Source: Sulfolobales archaeon (GTDB lineage Archaea > Thermoproteota > Thermoprotei_A > Sulfolobales > AG1). From it: a DNA stretch of 64,000 bases. The stretch is from assembly GCA_038867615.1 (NCBI GenBank), contig JAWBYA010000001.1, positions 544,001 to 608,000 of the forward strand, read 5' to 3'. The position numbers were made by a program, and so were the translations under genes. Below are positions 41,068 to 51,181 of the stretch, one piece after another; position 1 is the stretch's first letter; each line of letters opens with the position of its first letter. The notes under the pieces are model-generated. The model made no database searches, was not told the DNA's origin, and worked only from the letters and a program-made list of their open reading frames with translations.

Positions 41068-41655
41068 CTAATTCGTTAAATTAATTGGAATGAGTGTTGT
41101 GAAGTTCTTCCCGGTTGTTAGGTCGTATATCTCTAGCGCTAGGTATATGCTTGCTATAAGCCCGCTTTCTTTGGATGATATGGATATGTTTATAGCCTTG
41201 ATCGATAGTGTATCGCCTTTCCTGATCTCTCCCAGGAAGATCAGGTCTTGTGGTGTTGAAACACGTTCGCCGTCGAAGAGCCTGGCAGGGATAATGATCT
41301 TCAATAGCTTCTGGTCGCTCTTAACCAGCGCAATGCTATTTTCTATAAAAACCAGTGTACCATTAATCGTTGTCCTAGATATGCTTACATTAATACTAGA
41401 ATAATTCCTAAGAGCCTGTAACATGGCGAGCTGAGAGGCAAGATTGCTGAAGCTATCCTGGTTCTCGCGTGTGCTCAAGATCCTCTCTATATATTGATCC
41501 TGGTAACTAGATACAAGACCTCTTGAAGCTTGCGAAGACATGGGCTGAGCAGTACTGGAACCCGTATCACCAGTCCTGCCAGCTATAGCGGCAACCGAGA
41601 TCATAACAGCGCCTAGTAACACCAACGCTAGAAGCATGAATATCTTCTTATCCAT
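41068..41655 (-). CDS. Hypothetical exported or membrane-anchored protein
   Basis: Signal-like N-terminus MDKKIFMLLALVLLGA, Ser/Thr/Gln-rich linker, beta-rich C-terminal domain. Confidence 0.7.
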   Translation of the reverse strand: MDKKIFMLLALVLLGAVMISVAAIAGRTGDTGSSTAQPMSSQASRGLVSSYQDQYIERILSTRENQDSFSNLASQLAMLQALRNYSSINVSISRTTINGTLVFIENSIALVKSDQKLLKIIIPARLFDGERVSTPQDLIFLGEIRKGDTLSIKAINISISSKESGLIASIYLALEIYDLTTGKNFTTLIPINLTN

Positions 41656-42107
41656 AGACCTCCCCAGGACATATACCGTTGAAAACCTAATATCCCGTTA
41701 CACCCATGTATCCCGCAGCCCTACTATTTATCCTCGTACCAGGGATCTCCATCTATGGTTTGCAGGCTACCATTAGCACTATTAAGTGCTACTCCTATTC
41801 AATAGATCGGGTCTCGGTGACTCTTGAACATCGGTAGAGGGGGCTAGTTGCTTGCATAGGTCTCTCGTGTTTAATAATGCTGACATGTCAACGACCTCTA
41901 GAAGATCTATAATAAATCCCTAATATACCGATACCCTCTCCGCTTTTTGATCTCCTAGGCGTTATTTGGGTGTTTGCTTTTAATCAATAGCTATCTATAA
42001 TCATAGTGATTCCAAGCCTATTAGGGGTTATAGTCAATACTTATCCATATATTTATTTATCTATATATTTATAAGGCTTAATACACATAGTATCAGGTGA
42101 GAAGAAG

Positions 42108-42437
42108 ATGCCCGTGAGCTTTGAGGAAGTAGATTATAAAAAGGTACTCGAACTCCTCAAACAAGGGGCAGTAATAATAGATGTGAGGGAGCCTAAAAGC
42201 TATGCTAAAGAACACATAAGAGGGGCTATAAACATACCTGCCAGCGAGATAGAGAAAAGAGTCGCAGAACTCCCAGCAAACAAACCCCTGGTCGTGTATT
42301 GCTCTAGCTACACATGCACAGCCTCACTAGCAGCAGCTAAGAAACTCACAGAGCTTGGTAGAAAGGATGTCTATAGATTCGTAGGCGGCCTCCTAGAGTG
42401 GAAGACAGCCGGGCTCCCCACAGAGTCTTCCGCATAA
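42108..42437 (+). CDS. Rhodanese-like domain protein
   Basis: IIDVRE, HIRGAINIP, VVYCSS and GGLLEW motifs. Confidence 0.9.
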   Translation: MPVSFEEVDYKKVLELLKQGAVIIDVREPKSYAKEHIRGAINIPASEIEKRVAELPANKPLVVYCSSYTCTASLAAAKKLTELGRKDVYRFVGGLLEWKTAGLPTESSA

Positions 42438-42541
42438 ACGCTCCGCCGATCTTTCTTACATATTGATATATGTTTCGACGCGGAATCCGCAACATATAGC
42501 TGATCCTAGCCAGCCTGGTCTTTCGCAGAAGCGCTCTAGAG

Positions 42542-43564
42542 CTATCCAAGAATTTCTGAGACAGCGATGGGCGTTCTATTTATCGCGGATCTCTTAGAAG
42601 CTTCTGCCAAAACACAAGCCCTCCATCCATCCTCCTCGTTTGGAGCAGGCTTCTCACCCCTAGCTATGGCTTCCACGAAGCTCTCGATCTCTCTATAATA
42701 TGCCTCGCGGAACCTCTCAGCAAACCATGGTAGCCTGGGCAGCCTGGCAGTGTTTCCCCTACCATATATGTATACCTGGGTCTCTGGTATGTTCTCAAGC
42801 CTGGCAAGGCCCTCGCTGCCAAGGATCTCTAGCCTTAGATCATAGCCATAGGCCGAGCACCTCGTGACCTCGATATCCACAAGCAAGCCGTCTTTATAGC
42901 TAATGCTCACCACAGCGCTATCATAATCCCCGCCCCCAAGGCAGAGGCTTGAGGCTATAGCATTGACCCTCTCTGGCGGGTAGCCGAAGAGCCATGAAAC
43001 GAGATCGAACTCGTGGGTAACCATGTCATCGAATATAGCGCCTAGGTATAGCCTGCCAATCCCTATCCCGGGCTCGGGCATGGGGTCTCTCGCGATGAAC
43101 TTTGCTATGAATAGCCTTCCCAGGCTATTTGTATCAAGGATCCTTTTGATCTCCTGGTAGCCCTTATCAAACCTCCTCTGATAACCCACCTGGGCCAGTA
43201 TGTTTCTCCTCCTCACAATACCCACGATCTCTCTGCACTCACCAAGACTTGGGGCAAGGGGCTTCTCTATAAATATATTAAGCCCAAGGTCCCCCGCAGC
43301 CCTGACATTATCGAGATGAGCACTTGTCGAGGAAGCGATCACCACGCCGTGAACCCTATCCCTGTGGATCTTAACAGCATCCTCGAGATCTGTGTAGTAT
43401 GGGACGTGAAGTCTCTCAGACAGTGTCCTAGCCCTCCCCTCATCAGGATCCACTATAGCGATGAGCTCTGCAGAGCCAACCCTCCTTATATTCTCGGCAT
43501 GTATCGAGCCCATCCTACCAGCCCCAACAACGATAAGACCTATCCTCAAGAGAGAACCCTCCAT
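42542..43564 (-). CDS. iolG: myo-Inositol 2-dehydrogenase (Gfo/Idh/MocA family)
   Basis: GAGRMG, EKP, VGYQRRFD, RDP, DMVTHEFD, YGYDLRLEILGSEG and ERFREAY motifs match the IolG subfamily. Confidence 0.8.
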   Translation of the reverse strand: MEGSLLRIGLIVVGAGRMGSIHAENIRRVGSAELIAIVDPDEGRARTLSERLHVPYYTDLEDAVKIHRDRVHGVVIASSTSAHLDNVRAAGDLGLNIFIEKPLAPSLGECREIVGIVRRRNILAQVGYQRRFDKGYQEIKRILDTNSLGRLFIAKFIARDPMPEPGIGIGRLYLGAIFDDMVTHEFDLVSWLFGYPPERVNAIASSLCLGGGDYDSAVVSISYKDGLLVDIEVTRCSAYGYDLRLEILGSEGLARLENIPETQVYIYGRGNTARLPRLPWFAERFREAYYREIESFVEAIARGEKPAPNEEDGWRACVLAEASKRSAINRTPIAVSEILG

Positions 43565-43770
43565 AGATACGTGTAAATCATAAAATCTATATATCTATAT
43601 AGCAAGCCCGGGGTTCAGGTTCCATTAATACTGCTTTTTATACCAACCGCTTTTCCCTCGACTTCCCTGGTCTTCACGTATTCAGGTAATCCTCTCAAAC
43701 CTCTTCATGGCATTGACCTGGCCCGCTGCTGTGGGGAAACGCTGCATCATTGTTTTATCGCAGAATGTAT

Positions 43771-43853
43771 GGGCTTATACTATGTTTTTACAGAACTACG
43801 AGTTAGCATCAATCCATATAAACCACCATGAACAATAAACAGCTGGCTATGGC
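43771..43853 (-). repeat. Dispersed intergenic element, copy C
   Basis: Reverse complement aligns with copies A and B; GTTTCCCCACAGC (reverse complement of 43728-43740) is identical to 39135-39147. Confidence 0.8.
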
Positions 43854-43964
43854 TTATAGAGGTGGGGCTTTTCTAGATCTTCTCTAAATATTTGACTTTT
43901 GTCTAGCCTAAATAGAGCATGTGTTTATTTTCCGTTTAATTCTAATCTACCTTGGTGTATGTTT

Positions 43965-45368
43965 ATGTCAACATTTCCATCTGGGTTAAAAACATTGACA
44001 GATATTTATAGAGAGGCGTATTATAGGAAGACAGTCAAGTCCGGAGAGCTATGGCTTAAGCTGTCAAGCTTTACGCCTCACGGTGTTCATAGTAACTGGA
44101 GGATCTTTCCTCCCCACCCTATAATAGTTTCTAGAGCACGTGGCTCCAGGCTCTGGGATGTCGATGGGAATGAATATATTGATTATAACATGGCTTTCGG
44201 CGCACTAGTAGTTGGTCACGCTAATCCTATTCTGATCGAGAAGGTGAAGCAGAAGCTCGATGATGGCAGTATATATGGTCATGAGACGGAGTATAGCTAT
44301 AAGCTTAGCGAGATCTTAACGCGCCGGTATGGCTATGACATGGTTAGGTTCTCAAGCACGGGTCTTGAGGCAACACTCCTAGCCATCAGGCTCGCTAGAG
44401 CGGCCACGGGGAGATCGAAGATACTGAAGTTCGAGGGTCATTACCACGGTTCCCACGAGCTCTTAATGGTTGGCGTTAAGCCTGATATAAGGCATGCCGG
44501 GCATCCCAAGAGACCTAGATCTGTTCCGTCGGGGTATCCCTATAACGTTGTCCCCAAGGAGGTGGCGGAGAACGTTGTTGTTGCTCCTTGGAACGATGCC
44601 GAGGCGGTTGAAGAGATAATGAGAGCCCATGGGAACGAGATAGCAGCCATAATTCTAGAGCCCGTGGCTATGAATATGGGTGTTGTTCCTGGTAAAAAGG
44701 ACTTCATAGCCCTTCTAAGAAAGCTAGCGGATGAGTATAACTCTATGTTGATATTCGATGAGGTTAAGACATCGGGCATGTGGTATAGAGGAGCCCAGGA
44801 GTACTTCGGGGTCAGGGCAGACATCATAGCTGTAGCTAAAGCTATCGGTGGAGGCTTCCCCCTCTCTGCCGTGCTATCAAGCAGGGATGTGATGGAGCTA
44901 GTGGGGCCGCGGAGGGTGCCCCACGGCGGGACATTCAACGCCAACCCGCTGGCCGTCTATGCGGCCTATGTAACGTTAACCGAGCTTTTAACAGAGCCAA
45001 ACCTAGCCTATACACATAAGCTGAGCGAGGAGCTGGCTAAGGGTTACAGGGATTTGATAGAGGATAAGAAGATAGACGCACACGTGGTTCAGATAGCTAA
45101 TAAGGGTACTGTGTATTTCGCTAAAGAGGAGATAAACACCTGGAGGGACTTCGTAACCAAGGTTAACTGGGGCATCTGGTATGTATGGACACTAGGTATG
45201 GTGCTAAATGGCGTGATACCCCAGCCAATGGCTGTGGATGAGCAGTGGACTGTATCGATAATGCATACTAAGGAGGATATCCAGAGAACCATAGAGGCTG
45301 CTGATAAAGTGTTGGGCGAGGTTAGGGGCAAGCTTGTGGAGAAACTAACCGTGGAAGAAGCGATCTAG
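43965..45368 (+). CDS. Class III aminotransferase, glutamate-1-semialdehyde aminomutase-like
   Basis: WDVDGNEYID, KFEGHYHG, FDEV, AKAIGGGFP and GTFNANP motifs; start trimmed to ATG 43965. Confidence 0.88.
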   Translation: MSTFPSGLKTLTDIYREAYYRKTVKSGELWLKLSSFTPHGVHSNWRIFPPHPIIVSRARGSRLWDVDGNEYIDYNMAFGALVVGHANPILIEKVKQKLDDGSIYGHETEYSYKLSEILTRRYGYDMVRFSSTGLEATLLAIRLARAATGRSKILKFEGHYHGSHELLMVGVKPDIRHAGHPKRPRSVPSGYPYNVVPKEVAENVVVAPWNDAEAVEEIMRAHGNEIAAIILEPVAMNMGVVPGKKDFIALLRKLADEYNSMLIFDEVKTSGMWYRGAQEYFGVRADIIAVAKAIGGGFPLSAVLSSRDVMELVGPRRVPHGGTFNANPLAVYAAYVTLTELLTEPNLAYTHKLSEELAKGYRDLIEDKKIDAHVVQIANKGTVYFAKEEINTWRDFVTKVNWGIWYVWTLGMVLNGVIPQPMAVDEQWTVSIMHTKEDIQRTIEAADKVLGEVRGKLVEKLTVEEAI

Positions 45369-45599
45369 ATCCTAAACCTCCTAAAAGTCTCCCTAACACT
45401 CCCTCGGAAAACCACACAATTTTTTCTTGCAATAGCCCTTCATTCATATCAACACCTTAGCCTGGACTCATAACACATTATTATCGCTATCTTGGGACTA
45501 TGAACCCTGCACGAGGCTTTGGCTCCCACATTTATTACGGATCTTCTATAGATGTGAGGGCTTAGAGATATATAGGCTATGTTGTTAAAGAACTAGGGG

Positions 45600-46007
45600 T
45601 TGTTATTGTATATAGTCAATATGGAGGCTGTGGAGTTTAAGGAGTATCTGGAGAGAGGCGCTAGAGGCGTTAAGAGGAAGATCCTTGTTGATGATTCCTC
45701 GGGTTCTAAGAGATTCTATCTTAGGTATTATAGATTAGAGCCCGGGGGTCAGACGCCCTTCGATATACATGATTATGAGCATATTGTTGTGATCACGAAG
45801 GGTAGGGGGTCTTTGTTAACGATGAACAATGGTGTGCCCTCGATGAAGGGTATAAAGGAGGGCGATGTGATCTTCATAGCTTCTAGAGAGCCCCACCAGT
45901 TTATAAACACAGGAGGCTCGGAGCTCGAGTTCCTCTGCTTCAGAGGCGCTGAGATCCTCTATAGAGAAGATGTTAAGAGGATCATTGAGGGTGGCGATAA
46001 GGCTTGA
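45600..46007 (+). CDS. Cupin domain protein
   Basis: LEPGGQTP..HDYEH and GDVIFI...PHQFIN motifs. Confidence 0.85.
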   Translation: MLLYIVNMEAVEFKEYLERGARGVKRKILVDDSSGSKRFYLRYYRLEPGGQTPFDIHDYEHIVVITKGRGSLLTMNNGVPSMKGIKEGDVIFIASREPHQFINTGGSELEFLCFRGAEILYREDVKRIIEGGDKA

Positions 46008-46750
46008 GACTCCCATACCCCAGGTGGGTTTATCTCCAAGAGTTTGGGAAGCCCTCGAACCTTGATGAGGCTCTAGGATCTCTGGCTGCATTCTCAGCCC
46101 AGGTTGAGGTGTGCAAGATCCTCTCGCTCTCAGGGCTTATGCATATGGAAAGGCTATCGTGGGAGGATATATATAGTATTATAAGGATTATTGCTAGGGA
46201 TTCTCAACACATATCCATGCTCTCGATCTTCGGGGATCCTTTGAAACCTATTGCGAAAGGCAGCATCGATCTCGACTATGCCCTGGGATCTATAGCCGAG
46301 GTTAGGGATCCCGGGGTTCGAGCAGCTGTCGCGATCTCCACAATCCTCCCAGCATATATATCGATCCTTGATTTCGTTTCTAGGAAAACCTCTGTTGAGA
46401 AGGCGAGGGAGATCTTCTCAAAGATCCTTGAAGACGAGGAAGAGGATCTCGAAGCGCTCTCAAAGATCCTCGCAGGCAAATTCGAGGGGGAGAGCGTGGC
46501 CCAGGTTCTTGAAGAGAGGGCTGTGGTTCTATTTGCATCAGCTGGTTCCGAAGATAATATGAAGATCTCTATAGCCACAGCTATAAAGGGGAGTCTTGTT
46601 AATGAGAATGAGGCTAACACGATCCTCGGAAGTCTCTATAGAGAGATAGATAGCAAGAGGATCTATACTGCCCAGAGGATGCTGAAGGATCCTTTGAGAG
46701 CAGTTGATGTTATTAAGAAATACGGGTTGTCTGGGATAGGGCTCTGCTGA
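46004..46750 (+). CDS. Hypothetical protein, possible degenerate ferritin-like fold
   Basis: Coupled to the cupin gene; helical, with D..H and IL.DEEED segments. Confidence 0.6.
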   Translation: MRLPYPRWVYLQEFGKPSNLDEALGSLAAFSAQVEVCKILSLSGLMHMERLSWEDIYSIIRIIARDSQHISMLSIFGDPLKPIAKGSIDLDYALGSIAEVRDPGVRAAVAISTILPAYISILDFVSRKTSVEKAREIFSKILEDEEEDLEALSKILAGKFEGESVAQVLEERAVVLFASAGSEDNMKISIATAIKGSLVNENEANTILGSLYREIDSKRIYTAQRMLKDPLRAVDVIKKYGLSGIGLC

Positions 46751-47791
46751 TCACTGGATCCTATCCCTCAGGCTTGGATCGACATAGCCTCTATGAGACA
46801 CCACTATGACTTTCAATGCCTTCTCAACATCTAGGGCTGTTTTGAAGGCATCCTCAACCCTTTCTAGCTCGAATATATGGGATACTATTCTCTCCGCAGG
46901 GATCTTATCGCTACTGAGGATCCTGATCGATGTCTCCACATCCCTCTCGGATGCTGAGTATGATGGTGTTATCCTCACCTCGTCATAGAAGATCCTCGAT
47001 ATCGGTAGCTCTGCCGAGGCTCCTGGTGGAGGGGCTCCGAAGAGGAGGATCTCTCCTCCTCTCCTCACAAGCCTGAAGGCATTCTGGATGGCTTTTGGGT
47101 TTCCTGTCGATAGGATCGCTATATCGTGTTTTCTAAGATCATCTATCGATTCTGGGTGCACGCATGAATCTGCTCCAAGGGCCGTTGCTGCTGAGCACCT
47201 GGTTTTCGATAGATCTATTGCTGTGATCTCAGAAGCCCCCATGGATCTTAGAAGCATTATGAATAGAAGCCCCATAGGTCCAGAGCCTATTACCGCTGCG
47301 CTATAGCCAGGTTTATAGGTGCTCTTCGAGAGACCCCTTATAACTGTTGCTAGGGGCTCTATAAAAGTCCCCCTGATCCACGAGATCCTCTCTGGAAGGA
47401 TATGGACAGATCCCCTCTCAACATTGATTCTAGGGACTAGGAAGTACTCAGAAAAACCTCCCGGATATATATTTGTCTCCTTGAACAGGGGGCACATGGT
47501 CTCCGAGCCCGTGTAGCAGTACCAACACTTCCCACAAGAGATGTGGTGGTGCACAAAAACCCTCAAACCCGGCTGGAGATCCTTAACACCCCTGCCGATC
47601 TCCTCAACAATCCCCACAACCTCGTGCCCCAGGATCGGGGGTGTCTCTGTACCGCTCTTGATCTTCTCGAGATCCGTTCCACAGATCCCGCACGCGGCCA
47701 TCTTAACAACGATCTCGCCCTCACCCGGCTTGGGGATCTCGACATCTATTACCCCGAGCCCTCCGCCCCTCTTAACAACAGCGGCCTTCAA
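46751..47791 (-). CDS. Zinc-dependent alcohol/polyol dehydrogenase (MDR family)
   Basis: CGICGTD, GHE, CGKCWYC...C and GSGPMG motifs. Confidence 0.92.
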   Translation of the reverse strand: MKAAVVKRGGGLGVIDVEIPKPGEGEIVVKMAACGICGTDLEKIKSGTETPPILGHEVVGIVEEIGRGVKDLQPGLRVFVHHHISCGKCWYCYTGSETMCPLFKETNIYPGGFSEYFLVPRINVERGSVHILPERISWIRGTFIEPLATVIRGLSKSTYKPGYSAAVIGSGPMGLLFIMLLRSMGASEITAIDLSKTRCSAATALGADSCVHPESIDDLRKHDIAILSTGNPKAIQNAFRLVRRGGEILLFGAPPPGASAELPISRIFYDEVRITPSYSASERDVETSIRILSSDKIPAERIVSHIFELERVEDAFKTALDVEKALKVIVVSHRGYVDPSLRDRIQ

Positions 47792-47896
47792 GTATCTCCA
47801 CTACTATGCTCTACCTTAGTATGCTTATAATCCCTCTCACAGATCTATAGATCGCTGGGCAGATCCGCCCTTATTAGTCCGTTATGGGAAATAGAG

Positions 47897-48946
47897 ATGG
47901 CTGTTTATATGAGGGCGGCTGTTCTCCACGCTCCGGGGGATTTGAGGGTTGAGGATGTAAGGGATCCGGAGCCGCGTAGAGGATCTATCGTTGCCAGGGT
48001 CCTCCTAGCCCTAACCTGCGGGACTGATGTTAAGCTCTATAGGAGGGGTCACCCCCTTGCAAAGCTACCCAACATAATTGGGCATGAGTTTGTAGGGGTT
48101 GTTGAGGAGGTTGGCGAGGGGGTTCCCGAGGATCTTAGGGGTAGGCGTTTTGTTACGATGAACACCTCGCCATGTGGTGTGTGTTTCTACTGCAGTGTGG
48201 GTAGGGAGAATCTTTGTGAGAGGCTTGGGGAGCTCATAATAGGTTTCACAATCCCTGGAGCCTATGCCGAGAGGATCGAGGTTCCCGAGAGGATCTGGAG
48301 GAGATATTTCTACCAGATCCAAGAGAACCTAGACCCCGTCGAGGCTGCCTTTCTAGAGCCGCTATCCACGGTTGTTCATGGGCAGAGGGTCTTGGGAAGG
48401 GTTGAGGGGGAATGGGTTGCTGTGATAGGCTCGGGACCTATAGGGCTCCTCCACCTACAATTATTAAAGCTAGAGGGCTTGAGGGTTGCTGTGATCGATA
48501 GGCATTGGGAGAAACTCTCCATAGCGGAGAAACTAGGGGCTGACATAGCGATCAACTCTAAAGAGACCAGGGTAGAGGATATGGTTAGAAACATAAACGG
48601 GGGCAGGGGCTTTGATGCGGTGATAGAGGCTGCGGGGAAGCTCGAGGCGTGGGAGCTGGCCTTAAGGCTTGTCAGAAAGGGGGGAAAGATCCTCTTCTTC
48701 GGAGGGCTACCAAGGGGAACAGGGATCACTATAGATAGCTATAAAATCCACTACGAAGAAGTAGAGATCCTAGGAGCATTCCACACAACACCAAGGGATG
48801 TTGAGAAAACATATAAAATCATAGAGAGCAGAAGACTAAGGCTAAAAGAATTGGTAAGCGGTACAAAACCCTTGGAAAAAGTGCAAGAGGCTCTCGAAGG
48901 CATGGCAAGCGGTCAGGGGCTTAAATACATAATAACAAGCCACTAA
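47897..48946 (+). CDS. Zinc-dependent alcohol/polyol dehydrogenase (MDR family)
   Basis: TCGTD, GHE, CGVCFYC...C and GSGPIG motifs. Confidence 0.92.
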   Translation: MAVYMRAAVLHAPGDLRVEDVRDPEPRRGSIVARVLLALTCGTDVKLYRRGHPLAKLPNIIGHEFVGVVEEVGEGVPEDLRGRRFVTMNTSPCGVCFYCSVGRENLCERLGELIIGFTIPGAYAERIEVPERIWRRYFYQIQENLDPVEAAFLEPLSTVVHGQRVLGRVEGEWVAVIGSGPIGLLHLQLLKLEGLRVAVIDRHWEKLSIAEKLGADIAINSKETRVEDMVRNINGGRGFDAVIEAAGKLEAWELALRLVRKGGKILFFGGLPRGTGITIDSYKIHYEEVEILGAFHTTPRDVEKTYKIIESRRLRLKELVSGTKPLEKVQEALEGMASGQGLKYIITSH

Positions 48947-49279
48947 ACCGTAGATCGTTCCATGTCATCTTATGAGAACGCCTGGGGAGAGATCCTCCTT
49001 TCATTTTATATGGGATCAGCAGATCTGGTTGAGATCTTTTTGATGTTTATACAGCCATGCCCCTGAGGATCTATATCTATAGCGGATCGATGAATGAGAT
49101 CTCTTTTTGCAATATCCAGTTCTATAGTAGACTGAATCTATCACTATATATCTCCTATCATCGGAGCCCATATCCTCGGCCTCCACGCATCCAGAGAGAC
49201 CCAGACCCACGGCTCTTCTTTCTATAATGCAGCGTTTTTAAAGCCTTTATCTCTTTATACATTACCAGAGAGGGTTTCT

Positions 49280-51181
49280 ATGAATCCCAACGATCCTTAT
49301 TTATGGCTCGAAGATCTTAGCGATAAAAAGGTTATCGAGTGGGCTTATGAGCAGGATAGGATTGCCAGAGAATATGTTAGGGCTCCCAGCGAGAGGCTTT
49401 ATGAGAGGCTTTTAAAGCTCTACGAAGAACCCTTTCCCTATGCTTTTAGGGTTACTAGGGCTGGGTATATCTATATGGTTAGGGGTAGGGATTATAGACT
49501 GAGGATCAGGTATCGCGATGGTGAGGAGAGAGATATTGTTTCCTCAGAGAATCTAGGATCTGATGCGATTATATCGTGGTATGCTGCTAGAGACGAGGGC
49601 GACGTGATCGCCTATTACCACTCCTCAGGCGGTAGGGATGTGGGTTTTCTCGACGTGGTTGATATCGAGAGTGGGGAGCTTATAGACAGGATCGAGGGTT
49701 CTGTGCACGGGATAGTGTTTCTCGGGAGGGATAGGTTTTACTACTCAAGGTTCTATAGATCTGGTAAATGTCCCGATGGTGTTGGTGCTCCGTGTGATAG
49801 GGTTTTTCTGAGGAGCTCTGGTAAGGAGGAGATGGTTTTCGGGGCTGGGATTCCTACGTCGAATTTTATTCTGGTTAAGAGCTCCTCCGATATGGGTTCT
49901 GCTCTCATCACTATATCTTATGGCTGGCATAGGTCGAGAATATATTTCGGGGATCTTCTGAGGCCTGAGGGCTGGACTGAGATCTATGGGGGTGATTTTG
50001 TCTCCCACCCGATCGATCGGGTTGGGGATTGCGTGCTTATTGCTACATATGATCAGGGTGGGATGGGCAGGATAGTCTGCGTCTCAAGCAACCATGTCGA
50101 GGAGATCGTGGGAGAGAGGGATGAGCATCTCAGCTCGGCAGCGATCCTTGACAACGTGATCCTTGCCGTGTATACGGATAAGGATTACTGCTACAGCAAG
50201 ATCCACTATTATAGTGTTAAGGGGGATCTTCTGGGTAGATATATCCCCGAAACACCCTCGACTATAAACCTCCACATGGATCGCGGGTTCGAAGGCGAGA
50301 TCCCTGTCGAGATGACATCCTATGTGCAGAGGTACAGAGTGCTGAGGATAGGGAGGGATCTCAGCATAGGGGTTATAGCCGAGTCTAGGAGGCTTGAGGA
50401 TATCGATATAGACCATGGATGGGCTAGGTCTCACGACGGGGCTAGGATACATTATTTCATAGTGGGTAAGAGGGGTTCGAAGCCCTCTAGGATTGTTCTC
50501 TACGGCTACGGGGGTTTCGGGATATCGCTTACACCTAACTACTATCTATGGTCGATCCCCTTGATCGAGGATGGAGCTGCCCTTGTTGTCGCCAACCTTA
50601 GGGGAGGATCCGAGCTTGGTGAGAGGTGGCATAGGGAGGGGATGAGGGAGAAGAAGATCAATGTCTTTATGGATTTCATAGCGGTTGCAGAGGATCTTAG
50701 GAGGAGGTTTGGCGATATAAAGATAGCGATCCATGGGAGGAGTAATGGCGGTCTCCTAGTAGCGTCAGCTATAACCATGAGGCCGGATCTTTTTGATGCT
50801 GCTGTGATAGGCTACCCAGTCATAGATCTACTTAGGTTTGACAAGCTATATATAGGCAGGGCGTGGGTTCCAGAGTACGGAGACCCAGAGGATCCGAGGG
50901 ATAGGAGGTATCTCGAGGAATACTCACCATACCATAGAGTAAAACCCGGGGCTGACTATCCCCCTGTCTTTATCTATACAGGGCTTAACGACGATCGTGT
51001 TCACCCTGCGCATGCTTTCAAATTCCACGCCAGGCTTAGGGAGTATGGCTATGAGAGCTACCTGAGGGTTGAGAGATCCTCGGGACATATAGGCTCTTCA
51101 CCAGAGATCCTTGCGAGAGAGGCTGCCGACTATCTCGGCTTCATCTACACAGCATTAGGGCTTTACACGCGATCTAGTTAA
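49280..51181 (+). CDS. Prolyl oligopeptidase (S9A)
   Basis: DPYLWLED, YGYGGF, NLRGGSE, GRSNGG (catalytic Ser), DDRVHP and GH motifs. Confidence 0.93.
   Translation: MNPNDPYLWLEDLSDKKVIEWAYEQDRIAREYVRAPSERLYERLLKLYEEPFPYAFRVTRAGYIYMVRGRDYRLRIRYRDGEERDIVSSENLGSDAIISWYAARDEGDVIAYYHSSGGRDVGFLDVVDIESGELIDRIEGSVHGIVFLGRDRFYYSRFYRSGKCPDGVGAPCDRVFLRSSGKEEMVFGAGIPTSNFILVKSSSDMGSALITISYGWHRSRIYFGDLLRPEGWTEIYGGDFVSHPIDRVGDCVLIATYDQGGMGRIVCVSSNHVEEIVGERDEHLSSAAILDNVILAVYTDKDYCYSKIHYYSVKGDLLGRYIPETPSTINLHMDRGFEGEIPVEMTSYVQRYRVLRIGRDLSIGVIAESRRLEDIDIDHGWARSHDGARIHYFIVGKRGSKPSRIVLYGYGGFGISLTPNYYLWSIPLIEDGAALVVANLRGGSELGERWHREGMREKKINVFMDFIAVAEDLRRRFGDIKIAIHGRSNGGLLVASAITMRPDLFDAAVIGYPVIDLLRFDKLYIGRAWVPEYGDPEDPRDRRYLEEYSPYHRVKPGADYPPVFIYTGLNDDRVHPAHAFKFHARLREYGYESYLRVERSSGHIGSSPEILAREAADYLGFIYTALGLYTRSS

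Noticed and set aside
41773-41792. CIRCE/HrcA operator
   Set aside because: Arms resemble CIRCE but the spacer is too short, and HrcA is a bacterial regulator
24256-43853. Interpreting the three repeats as CRISPR or as a small conserved ORF
   Set aside because: Copies are kilobases apart with no repeat-spacer periodicity; reading frames are broken by stops and indels in different copies
43965-45368. Assigning the symbol hemL
   Set aside because: Substrate-specificity motifs deviate from HemL and no tetrapyrrole genes are adjacent
49016-49210. 64 aa minus-strand ORF
   Set aside because: Short, no motif, weak start; also applies to 55443-55706 and 39314-39559
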